Shown here piece after piece: positions 47,674 through 56,232 of a stretch of 64,000 nt of DNA; position 1 is the stretch's first letter; each line of letters begins with the position of its first letter. The notes below the pieces were generated by a model, which made no database searches, had not been told where the DNA came from, and saw only the letters and a program-made list of their open reading frames with translations. Source of the DNA: Candidatus Zixiibacteriota bacterium (GTDB lineage Bacteria; Zixibacteria; MSB-5A5; SM1-73). Location of the stretch: assembly GCA_049694315.1 (NCBI GenBank), contig JBAVQU010000061.1, positions 38,796-102,795 on the forward strand. Reading direction: 5' to 3'. The position numbers and the translations under genes were made by a program.

Positions 47674-47913
47674 ATCTTACATCACTCTCCTATCCGATTT
47701 TGAAGCTGACAACCTCTTTCACTTTATTTTTCGGCGTTAGGATCGACTTAACGCCTCCATTGATTGACGGCCAATTCCTCCGTCGTCGATTATTCGACGA
47801 TCTTGATCCACACGTTCGCGGAGAAGTAAAGCCGTCCGGGATCAACCGGCGTAACATAATAGATTCATGTCGTCCGATATCGACAGCTCACTCCACTCGA
47901 GGATATATCCGTA

Positions 47914-49032
47914 TCACAGCTTCCTTGCCACCTCTTCTGCCACCTCAGTCGTGGTGGCCTTACCTCCCATATCGTAAGTCCGCGCCTTTCCCTCTCTAAT
48001 GACTTCAGCAATCGCAGCCTCCAGAAGCGCGGCTTTTTGAGTCTCCCCCAGCCAATCCAGCATCAATTTGACGCTGAGAAGAGTGGCCATCGGATTGACC
48101 TTGTTCATTCCGGCATATTTGGGAGCGGAGCCGTGAGTCGGCTCGAAGACCGCATAATCGTCTCCGATGTTGCCGGAGCTGGCAAAACCCAGCCCTCCCA
48201 CCAACTGGGCGGCCAGATCGGAGATTATGTCGCCGAACATGTTGGATGTGACCAGCACGTCGTAATCCTGAGGGTTCTTGACCAGCCACATGCACATGGC
48301 ATCGATGTTGGTCTCCCATAGGGGAATCCCTGGATATTCTTTGGCAATCTTTCTTGCCTCCCGGATCATCAAACCCGAGGTCTCCCGGATCACGTTGGGT
48401 TTCTCCACCACCGCGACCGATCTTTTTCTGTGTTTTTTCGCATACTCAAAGGCATCCCGAACGATGTTCTGGCATGCTTTCCTGGTGATCACCCGTAAAC
48501 TCACCGCAATGTCTTCTAATGACGTATTTTCGAACTTCTTCATGCGGGCATTATGCTTGCACAGCACTGACATCACCTCGGAAGGAAGAGGATAAAATTC
48601 AACCCCGGCATACAAGTCTTCCGTGTTTTCCCTGAACACCACCAGGTCCACGTTCTCCCGATAGTTCAAGGGATTTCCAGGGTACGCTTTGCAGGGCCGG
48701 AGGTTGGTTCTGAGATTGAATAACTGACGCAGCTTGACGATGGGGCTGAAGTAGACGTACCCTTTGTCCCGGAGAGCGGGATCGATCTCCGCGTCCGCTT
48801 CTTCTTTGGGTTTCGAAGTTATGGCGCCAAAAAGACAACAGTCGGTTTCTCTCAAAAGCTCAATCGTTCTGTCGGGCAGTGGATTCCCCTCCTTGCACCA
48901 GAACTCCCAGCCGATGTCTCCGGGAATGTATTCCGCATCCAGCTTCATCTTATCCAAGACTATCTTGGCCGCATGCAGTACTTCTTTCCCGATGCCGTCT
49001 CCCGGCAGCCAGGCGATCTTGTACTTTTCCAT
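47914..49032 (-). CDS. Isocitrate/isopropylmalate dehydrogenase family protein (NAD-IDH or homoisocitrate/tartrate dehydrogenase type)
   Basis: It carries 'LPGDGIGKEV', 'LRQLFNLRTNLRP' and 'NMFGDIISDLAAQLVGGLG'. Confidence 0.8.
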   Translation of the reverse strand: MEKYKIAWLPGDGIGKEVLHAAKIVLDKMKLDAEYIPGDIGWEFWCKEGNPLPDRTIELLRETDCCLFGAITSKPKEEADAEIDPALRDKGYVYFSPIVKLRQLFNLRTNLRPCKAYPGNPLNYRENVDLVVFRENTEDLYAGVEFYPLPSEVMSVLCKHNARMKKFENTSLEDIAVSLRVITRKACQNIVRDAFEYAKKHRKRSVAVVEKPNVIRETSGLMIREARKIAKEYPGIPLWETNIDAMCMWLVKNPQDYDVLVTSNMFGDIISDLAAQLVGGLGFASSGNIGDDYAVFEPTHGSAPKYAGMNKVNPMATLLSVKLMLDWLGETQKAALLEAAIAEVIREGKARTYDMGGKATTTEVAEEVARKL

Positions 49033-49132
49033 GAATGATTTCCTCCTTCGCTATTCACCGAAGCGTTATTATAAGATGGGAAGAATTGCCACAGGACCAA
49101 ATCACCAGGGGGCTGGATGTGGAAGAAGGACT

Positions 49133-50098
49133 CTAAAATGCAACCTCCAGTGAGATACAATGCACGTCGCCCAGGTCCGACTTGTAGGGAATATAGGCAT
49201 AGTCGATTCCGTACTTTTTGAACTTTATCCCCATTCCGAATGAAAGGTCTTTCTCATCGTAGCCGAACTGATAACCCAACCGCAGAGCCAGCGTCCGATA
49301 AGCGTCATACTCCAGGCCCAGATGCACTTTCGCGTTATCGTCTCTGGGCTTAACCAAATCCAAGCCCAAGGTCAGATCGCTTTGCCAGGCTTTCTTTTCC
49401 TCAAACCAGCTCACTCCGGCCTTGTATTGGGTGGGAAGCGAATACCACTCTTTCTCAAATCTCATTTTGGATCCCAAATTCAAAATAGCCGCTCCTACCG
49501 TCAGGCCTCTTAATGCCGATTGCCCCGCCTCAGCAAACGGAGAATAGATGCTCCCTACGTCGAAGGCCCATCCGTTGGATGACGAGATGTCTATCTTTTC
49601 GTACAGCCATTTGGCCGAGACTCCTGCGGCCAATTTCTTGGAAAGTGACCGGGCATAAGAAAGATACCCCTCCACGTCGTGAGCATCGAACAGGGCGACA
49701 GGTTCGACGGTAGGTACGTCACCCCGTTTTTCAATATCGGGAACTCGGCCCACAGATAGGCCAAGCCCAAAAGCACTTTTACCGGTGGCCATGGCCAAGG
49801 AAAAGTGCTCAGCGGTTATGTCCTGGAGCCATTGAGTGTGGGTGAAACTTGCCTCTGTCCCTCCCACCGAAGAGAGCGCTGCCGGATTCCAGAATGGCTC
49901 ACCCGCTCCCGCCGACTGGGCGGTATAAGCTTCCCCCATGCCCATAGCTCTTGCCCCGGCTCCGAGCTTAAGAAAGCTCAAAAGAGAAGTCCCGCTTTCA
50001 CCATTCTTGGCGCATACCGGTGAAGCCAGGAGCGCACCCAGGAAAACTACGATGACCACAGACGATATGGCCTTTCTCAATTCTGCTCCTTCGGTCAT
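49133..50098 (-). CDS. FadL/PorV-like outer-membrane beta-barrel protein (paralog P2)
   Basis: It has a signal peptide and the N-terminal motif 'GAGARAMGMGEAYTAQSAGAGEPFWNPAAL'. It ends '...ISLEVAF'. Confidence 0.6.
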   Translation of the reverse strand: MTEGAELRKAISSVVIVVFLGALLASPVCAKNGESGTSLLSFLKLGAGARAMGMGEAYTAQSAGAGEPFWNPAALSSVGGTEASFTHTQWLQDITAEHFSLAMATGKSAFGLGLSVGRVPDIEKRGDVPTVEPVALFDAHDVEGYLSYARSLSKKLAAGVSAKWLYEKIDISSSNGWAFDVGSIYSPFAEAGQSALRGLTVGAAILNLGSKMRFEKEWYSLPTQYKAGVSWFEEKKAWQSDLTLGLDLVKPRDDNAKVHLGLEYDAYRTLALRLGYQFGYDEKDLSFGMGIKFKKYGIDYAYIPYKSDLGDVHCISLEVAF

Positions 50099-50294
50099 TT
50101 CCTCAAGGATGGGTTAGGTCTCCACATCGTGTCGCCGACGTTATGATGGACGACCTCGACACCTCGTTCCTTCGTAGACTTAAGCTATCGAAACGAGCGC
50201 TGTCTCGAAAAAGTGCTTCAGTAGAAATTGTTTTCGGTTCTTTTGACCATCCACTTTATACGCCTGGCTTCCTTTTGCCAGTGCAGCGACCTTC

Positions 50295-51233
50295 TCAGAA
50301 CTCAAACTGTAGGGAGATCAAGTGGTCCGGGTCATCCTCCACCCGACTGGCGACAAAAGCATAGTCAAAACCCAGAACGGTCGAGCGAAGCCTATGCCTT
50401 AGTCCCAAACCCAGGGTCAGCGAACCTTTGTCATATCCGATTCTCCCGGCAACGTCTTGGAGTGCCCAGCCTTCCATCCCCAGATGAATCTTCGCTTTTT
50501 GTTTCTCGCTTTTGTCGATCTCCGAGGAGAGGAGTATCCTGTCCTTGAGCAGAAGATAAGAGGCACCGAGCCGTAGGTTTACCGGGAAGTTCTCCTTCAC
50601 CGAGGAACCCAGAAGATCAAACTGCTTCCAATACTCGCCCGACGTCCACGAAAACTTCATTCCCACATTCTCCACTGCCAGCCCCAGGCGCAGCTTAGGA
50701 ATCGGTCTTCCCATCACCGATGCCCCGAACCCGAGACCATAGGCCCTGATGTTGGCCAGATTGTACTGAATGTATTCCATCCCCAATCCTACCGAAAGCT
50801 GTTCCAGAATCTTCCGCCCGTAGAATAACTGGACCGCGTTCTGGTAGTTCGAGATCTCTTCGGTAACGTAACCATCGTTGTCTCTTCCCATCACGTCCCC
50901 CACCCCGGCATTGATCCATGCCAGTGCGATGGTCGCCTCGTCGCGAATCGGTTGATTGTAGATGGCGTAGCTTAGCCTTCGGTCCAGCGTCATCTTTCGG
51001 TAGAAGACGCCGAAACTCTTCTTGGTGATCTGCACCATGCCGGCTGGATTGAAGAATCCGCCGGTGGCGTCGTCCGCCACCCCTACAAAAGCTCCTCCCA
51101 TTCCCAAAGCCCTGGCTCCCACCCCCGGCTGCAGAAATGCATCGGCATAGCCTCCATCTCCGGTTTCAGCCAGAGCGGTGGAGGAAAACACAGCTAAGAC
51201 CACAAGCATTCGGATAGTAAGCATCTTGAGCAT
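50295..51233 (-). CDS. FadL/PorV-like outer-membrane beta-barrel protein (paralog P3)
   Basis: It carries the motif 'GVGARALGMGGAFVGVADDATGGFFNPAGM' and ends '...ISLQFEF'. The start was placed at the third ATG, which lies 6 nt after an AAGGAG SD. It is 38 nt downstream of the BNR protein gene. Confidence 0.6.
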   Translation of the reverse strand: MLKMLTIRMLVVLAVFSSTALAETGDGGYADAFLQPGVGARALGMGGAFVGVADDATGGFFNPAGMVQITKKSFGVFYRKMTLDRRLSYAIYNQPIRDEATIALAWINAGVGDVMGRDNDGYVTEEISNYQNAVQLFYGRKILEQLSVGLGMEYIQYNLANIRAYGLGFGASVMGRPIPKLRLGLAVENVGMKFSWTSGEYWKQFDLLGSSVKENFPVNLRLGASYLLLKDRILLSSEIDKSEKQKAKIHLGMEGWALQDVAGRIGYDKGSLTLGLGLRHRLRSTVLGFDYAFVASRVEDDPDHLISLQFEF

Positions 51234-51277
51234 TTGCATCTCCTTGTTTACCGCCTACTCCTCTGATGCCGCCAAAT

Positions 51278-53779
51278 CTACTTCAGAACGACCACCTTCC
51301 CCCACTCTACCTGGCCTCCCGGGGCTTCCATCTTGAAGAAATAGACTCCATTTGCGACCATGTTTCCTTTTTCGTTCTTTCCATCCCAGGCTTCATCATA
51401 TTCTGCGCCTCCGGACCGGGACTGGCCGTCTAACAAGGTTGTGACCAAATTCATGGCGAAATCGTATATTTTTATGCTGACCGGTCCATCCTGTCTGGGC
51501 CGATAGTGAATTCTGGTCACCTGTCCCCCTGCTACCACGGGAGAGAAAGGGGAAGGATAGGCGTAAGCGGTCTCCGATCCCTTCGATCCGATGGGGGCGG
51601 CCACACGGGTGACCTCCCACGAGGCGCCTTCATCCGCGCTCTTGACCAGACCCTCAGAGTTTCCCGCCCACACTTCACCTCCGATTATGGCCACCGAAGA
51701 GAATTCGGAGCTGTAAATTTTGTCTCCGGTGGGTGCGCTGTCTTGCATGTAATTGAAGACTCCCCAGCTACTTCCTCCATTGTAAGACCTCTTAAGTCCG
51801 GAGCCGGTAGCCGCCCAGACCACGGAGTCGTCAAAGGCAAAATTCCAAACCTCGTCCCCCAAAAGCGTCGTGCTCCAGCTGTCCCCGTCGTCGGTGCTGA
51901 AGCTGGCGCCATAATTACCGGAGTAAGTGGGCTGCGTAGCGGCCCAGATGACCTTTTTCCCGTTGTATTTTTGTATACCCAAGCCGACCACCCAATCTCC
52001 GGTCGTGCCGTTGACATAGGAATTGTAATTGAGCACGGTATCGGAGACGTCGCGATAATTGTATATGAATTTGTAAATTCCTGCCGCAGTTCCCGCCCAG
52101 ATGGCTTTCTTGAAGGAGGGAGCCAGCTTGGTCACCTTCCAGGTTTTGCCGTCATCGCTGGACTTGGCCAATCCATCTTCTGATCCGACCAATAGCGTGA
52201 TGGTTGAAGTGTCTGGCACCACACAGACCGAGGTGAAGTAAGAGGGAATGATAAGCTCTCCCGACGTGGAGTCAATGATTTCGAAGCTGGACCAGGATCC
52301 TCCTCCATCGGTCGATTTCTTCAAACCTTCGTGGGTAGCCACCCATACGGTGGAATCCGAAAAGGCAAAATCACGCGTCTGGATGTCGCTCAAATAAGTG
52401 TGCCAGGTTTGACCTTCGTCCGTGCTTTCATAATTCAGCGGGCTGGAAAGCACGAAGCCGCCCACCCAGACAACACTGTGGCCCGCCAAAGGCTGAACCG
52501 CCACCCGGACCACCTCGAAGGGTTCCACCGTTTCCTCATAGAGATACCGAATGACGGTATCGCCGGAATCGGTGCCGGTGTAAACGAACTTGTATAAACC
52601 GTCCTTCGTTCCCGCCCAGATAACCTTGGGATATGTCGTCGTCGGGTCGACGGCCAGGCTCGTGAAAATATCTTTATCCTCAAGTTGCCCCTGGTTGAAT
52701 CTTCTTTCGGCTGATGAATCTACAAAAACGCTATCCCAGGTTTTCCCCCGATCAGTGCTGCGAATTAAGCCTCCCTTTCCGCAAGCCGCCCATATGACGG
52801 TGTCTACCAAGGCCATGTCCAATGCGAACTCATCCAAGGAACCTGCCTGCCCTTGGGCTGGTCGGGAGGTGTCCCAGGTGGCACCATAGTTGGTGGTATA
52901 ATTGAAATCCGTTCCGGTCAGCGAAGGCAGAAGCGGCAGAGGGTGAGTTTCTTCCAGCTTGTATGACCCCGTCCAGAAGAACGAGCTATCGCCTGCCAGG
53001 CAAAAGATCCCGTTGGAGTTCAGTCCACTCGAAGTATCGAATGGGAAAAAGCTCTGTCCCGCATCTGCGCTGGTAAATAGACCATTCTCCGTTGCCACCC
53101 AAATCAATTTGCCATCATAAGCTATGTCGTTGACCGAGTTCTTTAGCCTTTTCTCCACCGGACACATGGTGTCAACGGCTACCGAAAAATAGCGGTCGTT
53201 CAAATAGAGATACTGTTCCTGCTCAAAGTCCAACCGGGAAAGCGAATCGACAAAAACGTTCTCCCAGTTCTGCCCGCCGTCCCGTGAACGAATCAGCCCC
53301 CCGTACCAGCAGGCCGCCCAAACTGTAGTATCGTCCAGGGCGATATCGTAAACCACCTTCCCCGCGAAATCCGTCTGCGTCGGAATGAACGAACCCCAGT
53401 TCTGTCCCAGATCACTGGTTTGGTTAAAGCCCTTCCCGTAAGGGATCACTTCCCCTTTGACCAGCTTGGTGTAGGATGCCGACAACCACAAGGTTCTTCC
53501 CGAGGCGGCCAATGCAGAGATATCGTTGGAGTTCAGACCAGTCTGTTGATTGTAAGTCACCCAGCTTGCGCCCCGGTCGGTGGTTTTGGATAATCCGTTG
53601 CCTGTCCCCACCCAGATGACGGTGGTGTCTCCCAACGTCATAAAGACTATGTCTCCGACGCTGTTGCTGGCAAATCCCGGAGATGGTGCATCCAAGCTGA
53701 GGCTCATCCCCTCCCAGGATTCGGCGGGAAAAAGGACTACGGTGAATACCAGGATCATCAGGAGCAGACTTCGTGTCAT
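51278..53779 (-). CDS. BNR/Asp-box repeat (sialidase/sortilin/Ycf48-like beta-propeller) secreted protein with a T9SS type-A C-terminal sorting domain
   Basis: It has at least nine 'S/T-x-D-x-G-x-T/S-W' Asp-box repeats, for example 'TDRGASWV', 'DGGQNWE', 'TDRGKTWD' and 'TDEGQTWH'. The CTD reads 'VSIKIYDFAMNLVTTLLDG...WDGKNEKGNMVANGVYFFKMEAPGGQVEWGKVVVLK'. An AGGAGG SD precedes the ATG. Confidence 0.75.
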   Translation of the reverse strand: MTRSLLLMILVFTVVLFPAESWEGMSLSLDAPSPGFASNSVGDIVFMTLGDTTVIWVGTGNGLSKTTDRGASWVTYNQQTGLNSNDISALAASGRTLWLSASYTKLVKGEVIPYGKGFNQTSDLGQNWGSFIPTQTDFAGKVVYDIALDDTTVWAACWYGGLIRSRDGGQNWENVFVDSLSRLDFEQEQYLYLNDRYFSVAVDTMCPVEKRLKNSVNDIAYDGKLIWVATENGLFTSADAGQSFFPFDTSSGLNSNGIFCLAGDSSFFWTGSYKLEETHPLPLLPSLTGTDFNYTTNYGATWDTSRPAQGQAGSLDEFALDMALVDTVIWAACGKGGLIRSTDRGKTWDSVFVDSSAERRFNQGQLEDKDIFTSLAVDPTTTYPKVIWAGTKDGLYKFVYTGTDSGDTVIRYLYEETVEPFEVVRVAVQPLAGHSVVWVGGFVLSSPLNYESTDEGQTWHTYLSDIQTRDFAFSDSTVWVATHEGLKKSTDGGGSWSSFEIIDSTSGELIIPSYFTSVCVVPDTSTITLLVGSEDGLAKSSDDGKTWKVTKLAPSFKKAIWAGTAAGIYKFIYNYRDVSDTVLNYNSYVNGTTGDWVVGLGIQKYNGKKVIWAATQPTYSGNYGASFSTDDGDSWSTTLLGDEVWNFAFDDSVVWAATGSGLKRSYNGGSSWGVFNYMQDSAPTGDKIYSSEFSSVAIIGGEVWAGNSEGLVKSADEGASWEVTRVAAPIGSKGSETAYAYPSPFSPVVAGGQVTRIHYRPRQDGPVSIKIYDFAMNLVTTLLDGQSRSGGAEYDEAWDGKNEKGNMVANGVYFFKMEAPGGQVEWGKVVVLK

Positions 53780-54210
53780 TATTCCAACCTCCTATTCTTT
53801 CTTTCCTCATAAACCTAAGGCAGAAAACGGCGAATAGTCTCCGGTCAATTAAGCCCGAAACGGCCCTTTGTCAAGCAAAATAGTCCCCCTCTCGCGAACC
53901 AGGCTACACCCATGCAACGCAAACACTCTTGCTCACGTTCCGTCTAGCCCTCAAAGCATTGCCCAAAAAAGTCGGAAAACGATTTCTCGCTGGCATCTGC
54001 ACCTGCGATCAGTGAAGGAGTGCACCAAGGTGTAAGACACATGACCCCATGGATTTCTGTCTGTTGACACATCGAGCGAGACTAAGTCCGGTGAAACTTA
54101 CGTCCAAAGCTATTCTATATACGGAGCCTGGGCACCAAAATACATTGACTTTGTCCGGGTCTTGTGATATGTTTTCGCGTGAGCATCAACCGATTTTGCC
54201 GGAGGGAAAC

Positions 54211-54990
54211 ATGAGTGAAGAGAGATGGAAAACCGCCATTACGGATGTGAGGAAGGGGGAGATAAGGGTGAGAGGATACGACATTGTGGAGATGATGGAG
54301 AAGCTCTCCTTCTCCGACGCTATATTCTTGACCTTAAAAGGTGATCTCCCCACCCCGGAAGAGTCCCAGATGATGAGAGCCATCTTGGTCTCCAGCATTG
54401 ACCACGGAGCGACCCCGCCTTCGGCTTTGTCCGCCCGCACCGTGCTTTCCTCAGGGAACTCCCTGAATGCGGCTGTGGCCGGCGGTGTGCTGACCATCGG
54501 GGACGTGCATGGAGGAGCAATCGAGAAATGTGCCAGGATTCTTCAGGATTGGGCTAAAAGACCGGATGAGACTTCATCCTTGGCCAAAGCCTTGGTTTCC
54601 GAGTTCATCTACACCAAAAGAAGAATTCCGGGCTTCGGGCATCGCTTGCATGAGACTGACCCACGGACTGTCAAGCTTTTCCGGATAGCGCGGGACTTAA
54701 ACTTCAAAGGAAAGCACCTGGACTTAGCACAGGCGGTGGAAACGGAGCTGGCCAGTTCCTTGGGAAAGAAGCTCCCCATAAATGTGGATGGCGCCATCGC
54801 TGCGGTCGTATCCGACATGGGATTCGACTGGAGGCTGGGCAAAGGCTTTTTTATCATCTCCCGCGCAGCCGGGCTGGTGGCTCACACCTACGAAGAGATG
54901 ACCAGGGAAAAGCCGATGCGTAGATTGGGCAACTGGAACTTCGAATACGATGGGCCGGAAAAAAGAAATGTCCCGGCGGATTGGAGATGA
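54211..54990 (+). CDS. Short citrate-synthase-family protein (citryl-CoA lyase-like, about 259 aa)
   Basis: The start was moved to ATG 54211 after a GGAGGG SD. It carries 'GHRLHETDPR' and 'AAGLVAHTYEE', which correspond to the conserved His and Asp regions of the citrate synthase C-terminal domain. Confidence 0.55.
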   Translation: MSEERWKTAITDVRKGEIRVRGYDIVEMMEKLSFSDAIFLTLKGDLPTPEESQMMRAILVSSIDHGATPPSALSARTVLSSGNSLNAAVAGGVLTIGDVHGGAIEKCARILQDWAKRPDETSSLAKALVSEFIYTKRRIPGFGHRLHETDPRTVKLFRIARDLNFKGKHLDLAQAVETELASSLGKKLPINVDGAIAAVVSDMGFDWRLGKGFFIISRAAGLVAHTYEEMTREKPMRRLGNWNFEYDGPEKRNVPADWR

Positions 54991-55121
54991 GTCCTCTCTA
55001 AAGCAACGCTGCCAGTCGGACCCAAGGCTTTCTTATTTCTAAGCCAAACTCCACGTCTCCCGCCCGTGGCCACCGAAAAGCTCGGGAGCCAGGAACCTTC
55101 GGTGAATCGGTGATCATCTCG

Positions 55122-55164
55122 GAGAAATTGAAAAACAAAACGCCAGCCCCGTTGAGAACGGGGC
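55122..55164 (-). terminator. Rho-independent terminator after PorV-like P4, bidirectional in position between convergent genes
   Basis: The 8-bp stem GCCCCGTT/AACGGGGC has a GAG loop at 55146-55164. On the minus strand it is followed by 'TGGCGTTTTGTTTTTCAATTT'. Confidence 0.6.
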
Positions 55165-55194
55165 CGGCGCCTCTTTCGATGCCTTTGTCTGGGC

Positions 55195-56202
55195 TTAGAA
55201 ATTTAGCACCAGACCGAACCGGTGAGCGTTCTGCAGTCTGCCCAAATCTGCCCAAGCGTAGTTGATCCCCACGCTTCCGAATCCGGAAATCTCGTAGTCA
55301 TAGCCCGCTCCGAGCGCTAGACCTTCTTCATCGGTTCTAAACTTATATCCGGCTCTGACCGACAACCGATTTCGCCAGCTGTACTCCAGTCCCGCGCTGG
55401 CCTGCTGGCCGCGGTCCCGGGTATTGTATCCGTCTACCGTCGCCATAAGCTTGCTCTGCTCGCTAAACTCAAAGTCGTAGGCCACTCCCAGACGAAAGCT
55501 CAAGGGCAGAGGTTGAGATTGGGTTTCCTTTTTCACCAGAATCGGCGCGGTGCTGGAATTGCTGTCCGCATCAAATGTCGTCTCCAGCTCACTTCCGTCA
55601 AACTTGGTGTCCGTTCCGAAGTTTCTGGTGGACATGGCTATCCTCAGGGTCCGATATCCGGTGTAGTACAGGGTGCCGACGTCAAAAGCGAGAGCATCGG
55701 CAGAGAGCTGGGAGATTTTCTCTCGGATGTACTTGGCAGTCACCCCGAAAGAGAATCGATCGGTGAGCTGATAGGCGTTGGTGATCCCTACCACCCAGCT
55801 GTCCGCCCCGAACTTCTCTCCAGTTCCGTCCGGCTGGTCCAGAGTAGTCACTTCCATGTCGCCCATGGTCAAAACGGCCACGTGCACCCCCACGTTTCCG
55901 AACCCCTGAAGCGGAGTCTCATAGGCTAAGTAGTTGTATTTGATGTCCGAAATCCAATCGGTATAGCTGAACGCCAGGCTGCGCTTGTCCAGGTTGGCTA
56001 TTCCCGCCGGGTTGTAGTACAGCGCCATCGCTCCCTTGGTGACCGCCACGCTTGCCCCCCCCAAGCCCACTACCCGGGCGTCTACGTCCAACTTGAGGAA
56101 CTGAGCCCCGGACGTCCCCACATTGTCGAATTGGGCCGGCCACGCTTCACCGGCCAGGCAGACAAACTGGATCAGCACCAGGAACGTAAGGAATTTTTTC
56201 AT
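55195..56202 (-). CDS. FadL/PorV-like outer-membrane beta-barrel protein (paralog P4), downstream partner of T9SS cargo 2
   Basis: It carries 'VGTSGAQFLKLDVDARVVGLGGASVAVTKGAMALYYNPAGI' and ends 'HRFGLVLNF'. It is the closest paralog of P1. A GGAGGAGG SD precedes it and it lies 30 nt after cargo 2. Confidence 0.6.
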   Translation of the reverse strand: MKKFLTFLVLIQFVCLAGEAWPAQFDNVGTSGAQFLKLDVDARVVGLGGASVAVTKGAMALYYNPAGIANLDKRSLAFSYTDWISDIKYNYLAYETPLQGFGNVGVHVAVLTMGDMEVTTLDQPDGTGEKFGADSWVVGITNAYQLTDRFSFGVTAKYIREKISQLSADALAFDVGTLYYTGYRTLRIAMSTRNFGTDTKFDGSELETTFDADSNSSTAPILVKKETQSQPLPLSFRLGVAYDFEFSEQSKLMATVDGYNTRDRGQQASAGLEYSWRNRLSVRAGYKFRTDEEGLALGAGYDYEISGFGSVGINYAWADLGRLQNAHRFGLVLNF

Positions 56203-56232
56203 CGCAACTTACCTCCTCCAAGGTTAAATCCG

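Noticed and set aside
47674-47913. The hairpin GGCGTTA...TAACGCC downstream of the IDH-family gene, considered as a terminator
   Set aside because: The T-rich tract lies on the wrong side of the stem for minus-strand termination, and there is no plus-strand gene. It is only a weak structural feature.
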